From NCBI GenBank assembly GCA_004212155.1, contig RXIG01000014.1, positions 1 to 52,636 of the forward strand: a stretch of DNA of 52,636 bases. The letters run 5' to 3'. The notes below the pieces were generated by a model. It saw only the letters and a program-made list of their open reading frames with translations. It did no database searches and was not told the origin of the DNA. Positions 38,582 through 47,682 of the stretch are shown piece by piece. Within the stretch, counting starts at the first letter, position 1. Every line of letters starts with the position of its first letter. A program made the position numbers and the translations under genes. The DNA comes from an archaeon (GTDB taxonomy: Archaea > Methanobacteriota_B > Thermococci > Methanofastidiosales > NM3).

Positions 38582-38668
38582 ATCGACGCTGCGTCGGCCA
38601 AGAATTAATACAATGGTTCAAGCAATATGTATAGCATTGAGAAAAAGTTACAGAGGGGCTTTAGTTTA

Positions 38669-38989
38669 TTATGCCGAGCCCCTCTCGGTAGTTCCAGATA
38701 CCAGTTCCTGGCTCATTCGTACGATGACGTAGTCTATTGGTGGTCCGGAGTACAGTTCGTCCACTATTTCCCTCAATGTCGCAATGAATTCCCTCATCTG
38801 CGGCGTGTCTATTGGAGGGTGGGTTTTCATCACACGTTCGTAGAGTGCGAAAAAGAGTCCGCCGCTGATGTCCAATTCGTTATTGGTAGCGACATATTTG
38901 TCACGGTATTGTGCCAAGGTAGTAAAATAGTCTTTGTACAGATTGAACACGTGTTGTCCAACATTCAATTCTAAGTAGTTACCGTGCAT
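38669..38989 (-). CDS. Hypothetical protein
   Basis: GGAGGT SD and TTTATATA box upstream; 106 aa. Confidence 0.6.
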   Translation of the reverse strand: MHGNYLELNVGQHVFNLYKDYFTTLAQYRDKYVATNNELDISGGLFFALYERVMKTHPPIDTPQMREFIATLREIVDELYSGPPIDYVIVRMSQELVSGTTERGSA

Positions 38990-39089
38990 GTATACTACCT
39001 CCCCTACAACACACTATATAAATAAATAGTTTGTGCTTGAACGATTTGTCGGATTGGGAAGAGGTATCGGGCACCTGGCAGAATAATCG

Positions 39090-40550
39090 TCATCGATCCC
39101 CTTTTCCACGTCGGGAGTCCCAGCGTTGCAGGAGCTCCTCGTACGTGTCCTGGCTGATAGCGCCGCTCTCGTACTTGTCCCGCAGGTCGCGATATAGCAT
39201 GTCCCATTCCGCATCGCGCACCGCGCGCGACTCGGACTGCCCGCGCGCCACGATCCCTAGCGCCATGATGAGTGCCGCAAGCGGCACGATGAAGACGTAC
39301 CAGGGGTAATCGTTCCCGCCATCGCCATCCGAAGCGCCAAGACCGAGGATCTTGCTGAAGCATGCATTGATCTTCGGTCGGTCCTCGAGCTCAGTATAGA
39401 GTTCCTCGGCAGCCTTGTATTTCTCTTCTGCGAGTTCGTAGTTGCCCTGCGTCTCGGCCTCCTTGGCCTCATCGTAGAGCTGCTGTGCGAGCGAATACTT
39501 CTGTGCCCGCTCCATATAGGCCGTCGCCTGGTTGGCGCGTGACAGGTCGCCTTCAGCTTCGAAAGCGTCGGCTGCGTTTGAGAATCCGGCCGCAGCAGCG
39601 CCCCACAGCTCATCCTCGTAAAGATTAATCGCCTCATCATATAGGTCCTGGGCGCTTCGAGGCGGGTTCTCCGGAAGGCAGACGTTCACGCAGGCGTAAG
39701 CATAGTTGTTAGTGATGGTCTGTTCATGCGACGGTGATGAAACGAACGCCTTCACGTTTCCCATCGTGTCCGATGTGATCGTTGTCAGGGGGACCGTAAC
39801 AGTGTCGTACGCTTCAAGCTCTACGCTCTGTGCCGCGAGGCGCACGTTGGTCGCCTCTTCATAGAGCACCACGGTCAGTGGTCCGCTCGGTCTGTCGCCG
39901 TCGTTTCTGATCGTTGCCTCGAACGTGACCTCTTGTCCGTCCTCGGGCGTCTCTGGGAAGAACGTGAGCTCTTCGAACACCACATCGATATATGACATTA
40001 CCGTCACCGTTACGGTGGCGGTGGCTTCGCGACCGCCGGCCGTGCTCACCGTGATGGGGACGTCGTAGTCACCGGGTGATGCAGTCTCGTCAGCATCGAT
40101 ACGCACACCGATATCCCATTCCTTGCCGAACTCGGTGTTTATCTTCGTCTGGCCGAAGCTGACCGTCAGTCCCTCGGGCGCCTCTGTAGAGAGGTAGAGG
40201 CTAGTGTCGCGCACGAAAAAAGAGTATGAAGTTATTGTAGAAGAATTATTACTACCAAAAAGAGTATTATTAATCGAAGCAGGAGGGGCCGGAGGCCCCG
40301 GACTGTTGGGGTCATCAGGCGGCGAAGGCGTAGTCGTCGGATTGTTCGTTGGTTTCGATGTCGTCGGCGGCGTAGTCGTCTCATGCGTCCCGCTGGCCAT
40401 GACGGTGACATCGAATGATTCGTGGCCCCCGGGGTAGAGCTGGATGCTGCTCAATGATGCTGTGATGCTGACATCCGTCTCTTCTGCTGCGCCAGCCGCC
40501 GCTGAGAGGAGCAACGTCACGATAACAAGGAAGGGAATGTGTTTTCTCAT
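39090..40550 (-). CDS. Cell-surface protein: signal peptide, Ig-like/CARDB, TPR-like repeats, TM, SHOCT-like tail
   Basis: Signal peptide, Pro/Thr linker, VTFEATIRNDG...TITNN (CARDB), helical repeats, TM, LRDKYESGAISQDTYE. Confidence 0.78.
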   Translation of the reverse strand: MRKHIPFLVIVTLLLSAAAGAAEETDVSITASLSSIQLYPGGHESFDVTVMASGTHETTTPPTTSKPTNNPTTTPSPPDDPNSPGPPAPPASINNTLFGSNNSSTITSYSFFVRDTSLYLSTEAPEGLTVSFGQTKINTEFGKEWDIGVRIDADETASPGDYDVPITVSTAGGREATATVTVTVMSYIDVVFEELTFFPETPEDGQEVTFEATIRNDGDRPSGPLTVVLYEEATNVRLAAQSVELEAYDTVTVPLTTITSDTMGNVKAFVSSPSHEQTITNNYAYACVNVCLPENPPRSAQDLYDEAINLYEDELWGAAAAGFSNAADAFEAEGDLSRANQATAYMERAQKYSLAQQLYDEAKEAETQGNYELAEEKYKAAEELYTELEDRPKINACFSKILGLGASDGDGGNDYPWYVFIVPLAALIMALGIVARGQSESRAVRDAEWDMLYRDLRDKYESGAISQDTYEELLQRWDSRRGKGDR

Positions 40551-40582
40551 TATACAGATTTGATGAGCAATGTTTATAAATT

Positions 40583-40717
40583 TTACTCATCATCTTTGAT
40601 CTCTAGTTTTCGTAGTATGCCTTTCTTCTCTTCCTCTATCATATGTTTGCGCGCATGCTTCATGAGGACAGGAAGAAATTCCTCTGGAAGATCTTCTTTC
40701 TTCTTCGAGGACGCCAT
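40583..40717 (-). CDS. Small charged protein, 44 aa (not in ORF track)
   Basis: MASSKKKEDLPEEFLPVLMKHARKHMIEEEKKGILRKLEIKDDE; fills the gap between co-oriented genes; AGGAAG upstream. Confidence 0.5.
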   Translation of the reverse strand: MASSKKKEDLPEEFLPVLMKHARKHMIEEEKKGILRKLEIKDDE

Positions 40718-40752
40718 TTCTTCCTATAATCTTTCAGGTTCCCTATTTATAT

Positions 40753-41925
40753 TTATGTATCATTTGTCATCACAACGTCAAGGATCGAGGCACGCACAAC
40801 ACCATCCTCGTAGCCCTCGATGGAGAGGAAAAACAGCACCGGGACACCCTCCGGCAGGCATAGCGGATCCCTGTCGCGACGCTCGAGGTCGTCGCGCTCG
40901 CTGGCATAGAGGTGCGCCTCGATGGCCGTCTTGCCGTCGTGCAGCGTGAGGATAGGATGATTGCCCTTGAACGTCACGTCCCGTATCGATGCCTCGACCA
41001 CCATGTTCGCCCCCACGTCGTCACGGGTCACACTGGCACCGTTGCGCCTGGGGCGCACCGTGATGCACTCATGCGAGGGGGCGTAGACGACGTACCGCCT
41101 GTAGTAGTTCTTGTAAATGCCCCGCGCGCTCATCAGGTCATGCGGAAACGCATCGATCACCTGTGGCACGAAGATGTCTATGCTGCCGTCCTCGTCCCCC
41201 AATTCGATAAGACATCCTGTATAATATGCCTTGACCGAGCGCACCGTGCCGGAGACATAGTATGGCATTCCCAGTGTCTCCACGTCCGAGGGGGCGACAG
41301 GCGACGCCTCGACGTGTTCTATCGTCAACGGAATGCCGACGGTATCCCCCTCGAGGTCGCAGATGATCACTGCGCCGCAAACATGGTCCCCTATCTCGTA
41401 GTCGTTCTCGTGGCAAAACGATACGTCTCCCACCACGCACATGCCGCCAACGCTTTGCATCACGAGGTCGTCGAATGTGTACACCCTGCCAGCGTTTCTA
41501 AGGGCATATGCGGCGGTATGCCGTAGCGTGTCCGTGTCCTCATCGACGTAGCAAACATCTTCCGGTGATGCAGGCGTGACGGCATGCCTGGGCCAATAGT
41601 GACGAAGGTAGCGGTCATCCACGCGGGTGAGCTTGCCGCGCACTGAAATCCAATCGCCGAGATCGGGAATGCGCTCCATTTGGGATGCGACACCGTAAAA
41701 GATGGGCACCTCGATATCGTGCGCCCCCGCTATGGCCAGGAAGTGGTGGCCGTCTGAGACGTGTTCCCTGCACACGACGCCCGATACCTCGACATACGTG
41801 TCGACATAGTCGTCAAGCTCTCCCACCGGAGAGTGGGGCGCTGTCCTTCCCGACTCGAAATACATAAATCCCACCCCGGCCAGCGAGAGCACGAGACTGA
41901 AGAGGATGAGCCTACGTTCGTTCAT
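40753..41925 (-). CDS. Membrane-anchored multi-OB-fold protein
   Basis: N-terminal TM, then VEVSGVV, LGDWISVRG, ELGDEDGSIDIF, LTLHDGKTAI. Confidence 0.65.
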   Translation of the reverse strand: MNERRLILFSLVLSLAGVGFMYFESGRTAPHSPVGELDDYVDTYVEVSGVVCREHVSDGHHFLAIAGAHDIEVPIFYGVASQMERIPDLGDWISVRGKLTRVDDRYLRHYWPRHAVTPASPEDVCYVDEDTDTLRHTAAYALRNAGRVYTFDDLVMQSVGGMCVVGDVSFCHENDYEIGDHVCGAVIICDLEGDTVGIPLTIEHVEASPVAPSDVETLGMPYYVSGTVRSVKAYYTGCLIELGDEDGSIDIFVPQVIDAFPHDLMSARGIYKNYYRRYVVYAPSHECITVRPRRNGASVTRDDVGANMVVEASIRDVTFKGNHPILTLHDGKTAIEAHLYASERDDLERRDRDPLCLPEGVPVLFFLSIEGYEDGVVRASILDVVMTNDT

Positions 41926-42033
41926 GAGGGCAATGTGGAATTATTAAATGAAAAACAATAGCAATCGTATTCTGTGTATAAATGGTAAATCATTACGTAA
42001 CTTTTTTAAAGCATATTTTATCTATCACTCTGC

Positions 42034-42813
42034 ATGGGCATCGTGGGGAGCCATGTTCGCCAGGTCTACGACGAGGTAGTTGAGTTCGTTTCTTACAAGA
42101 ACAACAAGATCTACCTTGCCATCGTCTCGGCTTTCCTTGTGGGATATCAATCACTTCAGTTCTTTCTCGAACATCCAGATTGGTACGTGACGTTCGATCC
42201 CGGGCTCACAATATGGCTCCAGGAGACGTTCTCGTTCCCACTTCTCGACTATGCCCTCTCATACTATTATCCCATTGGCTTCATCGCATGCCTCGTTCTC
42301 TTGAACTACCTCATGGTCAAGGAGGGAAGCCAAGGATGGAAGTGGGGGTACGCCGTCTTGTGTTGCTGGGTGGCACACCTTGTCATCGAGATGGCCTATC
42401 CCGTCGCTCCTCCTCTGCGCTGGGATTCTGGCGCCCGACCCATTAGGCTTGACGTGTTCCCCTTATCCGATATGCTGGTCAGCGTGAAGTACGGCGGCCT
42501 CCCTTCGGGACACTTCGGATATGTCTTCATAGGTTACCTCATAGCGAGGTACAAGCATATTCGGACGGGGTTGTCATCATATAACAAGTACAAGCTCTTC
42601 CTCCTCGCAAACCTCATCATCACGACGTTTACCGTGCTCTACCTTGGTGAGCACACATGGGAGGACCTCGCTGCATCGTTTTTCATATTTGGAGGCATTT
42701 TCTGGGTATTCTCCCAGTGGATGGAGAAGACCACCGACGTTCACATGCCCGAGCGGTCCCCGCAGCCCGTTCCACAGGCAAATTACGCGGAATCGTATTC
42801 AGAAGAGTCTTAA
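42034..42813 (+). CDS. PAP2-superfamily membrane protein (AUR1/IPC-synthase-like)
   Basis: YPVAPP, LPSGH, LYLGEHTWED; about 6 TM. Confidence 0.8.
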   Translation: MGIVGSHVRQVYDEVVEFVSYKNNKIYLAIVSAFLVGYQSLQFFLEHPDWYVTFDPGLTIWLQETFSFPLLDYALSYYYPIGFIACLVLLNYLMVKEGSQGWKWGYAVLCCWVAHLVIEMAYPVAPPLRWDSGARPIRLDVFPLSDMLVSVKYGGLPSGHFGYVFIGYLIARYKHIRTGLSSYNKYKLFLLANLIITTFTVLYLGEHTWEDLAASFFIFGGIFWVFSQWMEKTTDVHMPERSPQPVPQANYAESYSEES

Positions 42814-43283
42814 ACTCGGTAGTGCTGTGCTATCGATCCTGCGAACGAACGTTTTCTGTCAACGGCGGTCTTGTCGGCACTCACGTACCTGATCGCGCCG
42901 GTCGGGCATAGCCTGCAGCATTCGGGATCGCCGCCGCACAGGTCGCACTTGAACGCCTTGTGCCGTCTCCTGTCGTAGCCCATACAACCATAGGGGCACG
43001 CCACGAGGCACATCTTGCATCCGATGCACTGCTCCTCCATGACGAGCACTGCGCCCGTTGCCGGGTCGCGCCAGAGCGCGTCGTACTTGCAGGCGTCCAT
43101 GCACGGCGCATCGTCGCAATGGCTGCACACGACGGGCACGCTTACACCCTCCTCGGCCCATATGATCGCATGGATGCGCGATTTGGAGGGCTGACACCTC
43201 TTTTCATGGCGAAGGGAGCATCCGAGCTCGCATATTCTGCACCCCGTGCATTTGTCGACATTAATTTCTATTATCTTTTCCAT
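42810..43283 (-). CDS. 4Fe-4S dicluster protein (HydN/CooF-like)
   Basis: CTGCRICELGC, CSHCDDAPCMDAC, CIGCKMCLVACP, KCDLCGGDPECCRLCP. Confidence 0.92.
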   Translation of the reverse strand: MEKIIEINVDKCTGCRICELGCSLRHEKRCQPSKSRIHAIIWAEEGVSVPVVCSHCDDAPCMDACKYDALWRDPATGAVLVMEEQCIGCKMCLVACPYGCMGYDRRRHKAFKCDLCGGDPECCRLCPTGAIRYVSADKTAVDRKRSFAGSIAQHYRV

Positions 43284-44250
43284 GTTCACCACGCGTGAGC
43301 TTGCGTTCCTGCTGGAGTTCTATGTCCGCCACTACTACATCATCGTCTGCAACTATATATTTTTTTTCAACAGCGCGCTCGAAGAGACCGGCAGCCTTTC
43401 GCGTCCTCACGACAACGGTCGTATATCCGTCCCCTGTTCCCGCCGACCCGAACGAGATGTCGCAGTTGTGGCAGACGAAGTCTGTGCAGTAGGCACATCC
43501 GTCCACGGCGCATCCCTCGAGCTCGGAGAGCTTTACCTGTCTTTTCGTCCCGTCCTTGAGCGTGATGGCCAGCTCCCTATGGATCTGCATCTTGTCAACG
43601 TCATCGGCATCGATGCCGAGTGTGGCCAGGCGTTCGTTTAGCCGTTCATGGTGGAACGCATTGGTGCAAAAGAGCCCTATGCGAAGCGACACTTCCGGCA
43701 GGAGCCCGATATCCTGGGCATGGGCGAGTCCCATCAGCTGGCACGGAAGCCCGACGAATGCGATGCGCTCATGGGAGCGGGGAAGCAGGGCGAGCGACCC
43801 AGTGGCAGCGTATTTTGACCCCATGGCTGCCCTGGGGTCCGCCCCGATGGTGGAACGGGGCCGTCCGGGCGTCCCAGTAACAGCTGCGATGTGATAGTCA
43901 TCAAGCGATTCAAGGAAGGCGGTGCACGCCCCACCGTCCTGCGCATGGGATGCGACCTGCTCATCGACCGCCCTGGCGCGCCAGATACCGACATGGGTGC
44001 CGACACCCTCGCTCACGACGTGGTTGAGGATGGGGCACACCTGCTTGCAGCGGATGCAGCTTGTCGCGACGGCACTTGGCACCCCCTGTGACTCAATGCT
44101 TGCGCGCACGAGAGGATTCACGAATCGGCGGTCTGTGTTTTTGGGGCACACGGCAGTGCACGTACCACACTGGCAGCATCTGCCTTCTTCGACGATCAGC
44201 GTCTTGAGTTGCGAATCATAGGTACATTCATAAAACGCTCGGGGGCGCAT
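43261..44250 (-). CDS. F420 hydrogenase/dehydrogenase beta-subunit family (FrhB/FdhB)
   Basis: CCQCGTCTAVCP, AQDGG, GSKY, VGLPCQ, IGLFC, GCAYCTDF, DISFGS. Confidence 0.88.
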   Translation of the reverse strand: MRPRAFYECTYDSQLKTLIVEEGRCCQCGTCTAVCPKNTDRRFVNPLVRASIESQGVPSAVATSCIRCKQVCPILNHVVSEGVGTHVGIWRARAVDEQVASHAQDGGACTAFLESLDDYHIAAVTGTPGRPRSTIGADPRAAMGSKYAATGSLALLPRSHERIAFVGLPCQLMGLAHAQDIGLLPEVSLRIGLFCTNAFHHERLNERLATLGIDADDVDKMQIHRELAITLKDGTKRQVKLSELEGCAVDGCAYCTDFVCHNCDISFGSAGTGDGYTTVVVRTRKAAGLFERAVEKKYIVADDDVVVADIELQQERKLTRGEHGKDNRN

Positions 44251-44255
44251 TAGAT

Positions 44256-44963
44256 TCACCTGAGCCGTATCTCCATACGTTTTCTGCCCTTTCCCTTGTT
44301 GATCGTCTTGGTGGCCTCGATAGCGCCTATCTCTCTCGTCGAACGGACATGCGTGCCCCCGCATGCGTCGAAGTCGATGTTGCCGATGCCAACGATGCGC
44401 ACTGAGCGGATCGCGGACGGAAGCATGTCAAGGCGCGTCTTTGTCGGATCGACCAATCGCTCGGCTTCCTGGCGCGCAACAGCGCGCGTGTCCACCCGAA
44501 GATCTTTGGCGATGAGCTCGTTGGTCTCACGAACAAGGCGTTCGGTCATCTCGGAGTCGAGTTCATCAAGGCCCAGGTCGATGCGTGCCTTTTCCTCCGA
44601 TATCTGATTGCCCGTGATCGATGCGCCGAAGTCGGCATGCGCGCAGTATGCGAGCAGGTGCAGCGACGTATGGTACTTCATCATCGCATAGCGGCGGTCC
44701 CAATCGAGTGCGAGCGTGACATTGTCGCCTTCCCGTATGTCATTGGGCGCCGCGAGATGGACGACCTTGCCGGAGATGCGTTTCATTCCGGCTATTTCAT
44801 AGGTGTTACCGTCGAACTCGAGCATGCCGGTGTCGCAGTCCTGCCCGCCGCCGCCAGGATAGAGGATGGTGCGGTCGAGCACGAGCCCCTCGGGGACAAT
44901 CTCTTCCACGGCAGCCGTCACCGACGTCATGTAGGCATCGTCAAGGTAGAGGAGTTCGGTCAT
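44256..44963 (-). CDS. alaX: Alanyl-tRNA editing protein AlaX-M
   Basis: LDRTILYPGGGGQ, HTSLH, CGGTHV, KGKGRKR. Confidence 0.92.
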   Translation of the reverse strand: MTELLYLDDAYMTSVTAAVEEIVPEGLVLDRTILYPGGGGQDCDTGMLEFDGNTYEIAGMKRISGKVVHLAAPNDIREGDNVTLALDWDRRYAMMKYHTSLHLLAYCAHADFGASITGNQISEEKARIDLGLDELDSEMTERLVRETNELIAKDLRVDTRAVARQEAERLVDPTKTRLDMLPSAIRSVRIVGIGNIDFDACGGTHVRSTREIGAIEATKTINKGKGRKRMEIRLR

Positions 44964-45049
44964 GTGTGAGAAGCGACGTGGAAGCATTTAAGGTTTTAGA
45001 CGGGTTGCGGTCGCATAATTATTTATATCCTCGTGCCACAACGAAAACC

Positions 45050-45319
45050 ATGGGCGTGAAGGTTTCGTTCCTAGCACATCTGCGCAATCTTGTTGGTGGA
45101 CCCAGCGTGGAGCTTGACACCAATCCCGCAACGCTCAGGGATGTCATCAAGGAGCTTGGCACGCGATACGGGCCCCAGGTCACCGACGAGGTACTGGAGG
45201 ACGGCGAGGTAAGCGACCTCGTGGTCATACTGAAAAATGGCAACATCACCTACGACCTTGATCAAAAAATAGAGGATGGAGACGAGATAACGATCCTTCC
45301 TCCCGCATTTGGCGGGTAG
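45050..45319 (+). CDS. MoaD/ThiS/SAMP ubiquitin-like sulfur carrier
   Basis: VKVSFLA, ILKNG, DGDEITILPPAFGG with C-terminal GG. Confidence 0.92.
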   Translation: MGVKVSFLAHLRNLVGGPSVELDTNPATLRDVIKELGTRYGPQVTDEVLEDGEVSDLVVILKNGNITYDLDQKIEDGDEITILPPAFGG

Positions 45320-45327
45320 GACGGCGA

Positions 45328-46404
45328 TTAGCGTTCTCGCTCTCCGGATATGAACTCTTCTACCATCTGGTGGCAGACGTCATCAGGGAACTGTTGCGGC
45401 GGATGCTTGAACGAATACGACGAGATGGATATCAGCTGTCCACCCACACCCCTGTCAATGGCGAGCTTTGAAGCACGGATGGCGTCGATCATGACACCGG
45501 CCGAATTTGGGGAATCCTCCACAGAGAGTTTCACATCGAGCTCGAAGGGCACGTCGCCGAACTTCTTTCCTGTCATCTTGATGTAACAGACCTTGTTGTC
45601 CTTGAGGAACGGCACGAAGTCCGATGGTCCGATGCGCAGCGGCACCTTGTAGGGCACGAGCGACTGCACGGCCTCCGTCTTCGAGATCCGCTTCGATGTG
45701 AGGCGCTCCTCCTCGAGCATGTTGTAGAAGTCGGTGTTGCCGCCGATGTTGAGCTGGTACGACTCGATGATCTCCGCGCCACGGTCGATGAACAGGCGTG
45801 AGAGCACCCTGTGCAATATCGTTGCACCGACCTGTGACTTTATGTCGTCGCCGGCGCATGGTATCCCCGCATCACGGAACCTGTCGCCCCACTCATCGGT
45901 AGAACAGATGAACTCCGGCATTCCGTTAACGAATGCAGTATTTGATGCGAGGCATTGTTCGGCGTAGTACCGTGCAGCCTCTGCCGACCCCACTGGCATG
46001 TAGGATACGAGCACATCGGCATTCGTGTCCTCAAGCACCTTGGCGACATCAACGGTCGGAGCATCCTTGTCGATAGGGATGACCTCACCGAGCTTCTTAC
46101 CGATACCATCATGCACGGGCGCCCTCTCGACGGTCACTCCTGTCCTTGGGCCGTCGGAGAACTTCTTCGTGCAGTTCTCGCCTGCGAAGATGGCTTCCTC
46201 GAGAGGAAGGCCTATCTTCCTGTTGTCGACGTCAAACGCGGCGACAGGCTCAATGTCTGAGATCTTGTAGCCGCCGAAGACGTTGTGCATGAGGCCAGGG
46301 ACCAACTGGTCGTTCTCACCTACGTCCTTGTAATACTCGAGTCCCTGGATGAGTGATGAAGCGCAGTTTCCTACACCTGCTATTGCTAAACGTATTTTTC
46401 CCAT
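45328..46404 (-). CDS. ino1: myo-inositol-1-phosphate synthase
   Basis: GVGNCASSLIQG, GDDIKSQVGAT, GGNTDF, SKRISKT, DSPNSAG. Confidence 0.96.
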   Translation of the reverse strand: MGKIRLAIAGVGNCASSLIQGLEYYKDVGENDQLVPGLMHNVFGGYKISDIEPVAAFDVDNRKIGLPLEEAIFAGENCTKKFSDGPRTGVTVERAPVHDGIGKKLGEVIPIDKDAPTVDVAKVLEDTNADVLVSYMPVGSAEAARYYAEQCLASNTAFVNGMPEFICSTDEWGDRFRDAGIPCAGDDIKSQVGATILHRVLSRLFIDRGAEIIESYQLNIGGNTDFYNMLEEERLTSKRISKTEAVQSLVPYKVPLRIGPSDFVPFLKDNKVCYIKMTGKKFGDVPFELDVKLSVEDSPNSAGVMIDAIRASKLAIDRGVGGQLISISSYSFKHPPQQFPDDVCHQMVEEFISGERER

Positions 46405-46545
46405 ACAATCACCCTTTATCTTTTGGTGAGATACTCTTTTTATATTTTATGGTTATAAAATAGTGGTGATAGCACATGCCGCAGCATGGCAAAGGGACAA
46501 GTGCTTTAAATCTGTTGATGCCAGATAGGTCGTTACGGTGGCCAT

Positions 46546-47112
46546 ATGACATACGAGAATCCCAATATCCTGGATGTTGTGGGCGAGTACGTCTTTGGGG
46601 TGCTCGCACGACCGCATTACCATGCTGCCATCGAGCGGGCCTTGCTCGCCCCGGACGAGGACGTGCTCGAGTTCGGGAGCGGAGGCGGCACATGTTCCCG
46701 TTTGCTTGCCGATGCGCTCGGGGACGGCGGTTCGCTCACATGCCTCGATATCAGCGAGTACTGGCTCCGAAGGGTTGAGAAACGCATCGGTGACCGCGGC
46801 AACGTGCACTTTCTTCACCAAGACGTCACGAAAGAGCCCATACCCACCGGGTCGTTCGACCTCGTGTTCATCCACTTCGTCCTCCACGACATAGGGCGTT
46901 CCCTTCGAAAGCCTGTCGTCGATGCGCTCGTGAGGGGGCTGCTCCCAGGCGGACGTGTCTTTGTCAGGGAGCCGACGAAGGAGAGCCACGGCATGCCGAT
47001 CGATGAGATACGCGCACTCATGGACGGAGCAGGGTTGCGCGAGACGTATGCCGGCACCGACAAGAAGCTCGTCGTCGGGCCGTTTTTCGAAGCCCTTTAT
47101 GAGAAAGACTGA
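46546..47112 (+). CDS. Class I SAM-dependent methyltransferase
   Basis: VLEFGSGGG, LDIS, FDLVF, LLPGG. Confidence 0.88.
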   Translation: MTYENPNILDVVGEYVFGVLARPHYHAAIERALLAPDEDVLEFGSGGGTCSRLLADALGDGGSLTCLDISEYWLRRVEKRIGDRGNVHFLHQDVTKEPIPTGSFDLVFIHFVLHDIGRSLRKPVVDALVRGLLPGGRVFVREPTKESHGMPIDEIRALMDGAGLRETYAGTDKKLVVGPFFEALYEKD

Positions 47113-47184
47113 TGAGCGACACTCCGCTCGTGACGGCACCAAAACATTTAAAAGCCATATCTCGATTGTAGGTAATTGATTAGT

Positions 47185-47262
47185 GGCCGGGGTAGGGTAG
47201 CATGGTTATCCTAAAGGACTGTGGATCCTTTGACTCGGGTTCAAATCTCGGCCCTGGCCCCA
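47185..47262 (+). tRNA. tRNA-His(GTG), with encoded G-1 and CCA
   Basis: Acceptor GCCGGGG/CCCTGGC, anticodon arm AAGGA-CTGTGGA-TCCTT, T arm GGTTCAAATC, C discriminator + CCA. Confidence 0.96.
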
Positions 47263-47316
47263 TTTAATCTGCCTGTAGGCCTTTTTTTGGGAGACTTCCG
47301 ATATGCTTTTCAGACG

Positions 47317-47682
47317 TCATATCTCCAATGTGGCGCTTCCCCTGCTGGAATGCTGCGCGGTAAATGAGTCGGATCCGCTGTATGCCCATATCAGCGTTGT
47401 CGGACTGTTGGTGGCTATTTCTTTGTCGTAATCGTCGCTCCAGCGAGTGGGCGCATGAACTTCACCGTTGTCACACCTTCTGATTGGCTGCCCCGCCGAT
47501 TCGAGTATGTCGTCCTGACCCCCGAGGTCAGTATCTTTCGGGTGTGGTCCCGAAGCTTCGGTGTCGTAACAGTAGAAAATCGACAACGAACCGTCCTTGA
47601 CCCATGCAATCAGCATGTCCGCGTCCCTCATGCCAAAGGATGGATCAACCCCCACAGAAACTATGCCATCGGTGTCGCCAAC
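47317..47682 (-). pseudogene. DOMON-domain gene remnant (5' part missing, frameshifted)
   Basis: VSVGVDPSFGMRDADMLIAWV, GPHPKDTDLGG, LIWAY...H..RG; segment GSQSEGVTTVKFMRPL lies in a different frame. Confidence 0.7.

Noticed and set aside
47109-47150. CTGATGAG + hairpin as a hammerhead ribozyme or C/D sRNA
   Set aside because: No GAAA core after the stem and no properly placed CTGA D box; it overlaps a stop codon.
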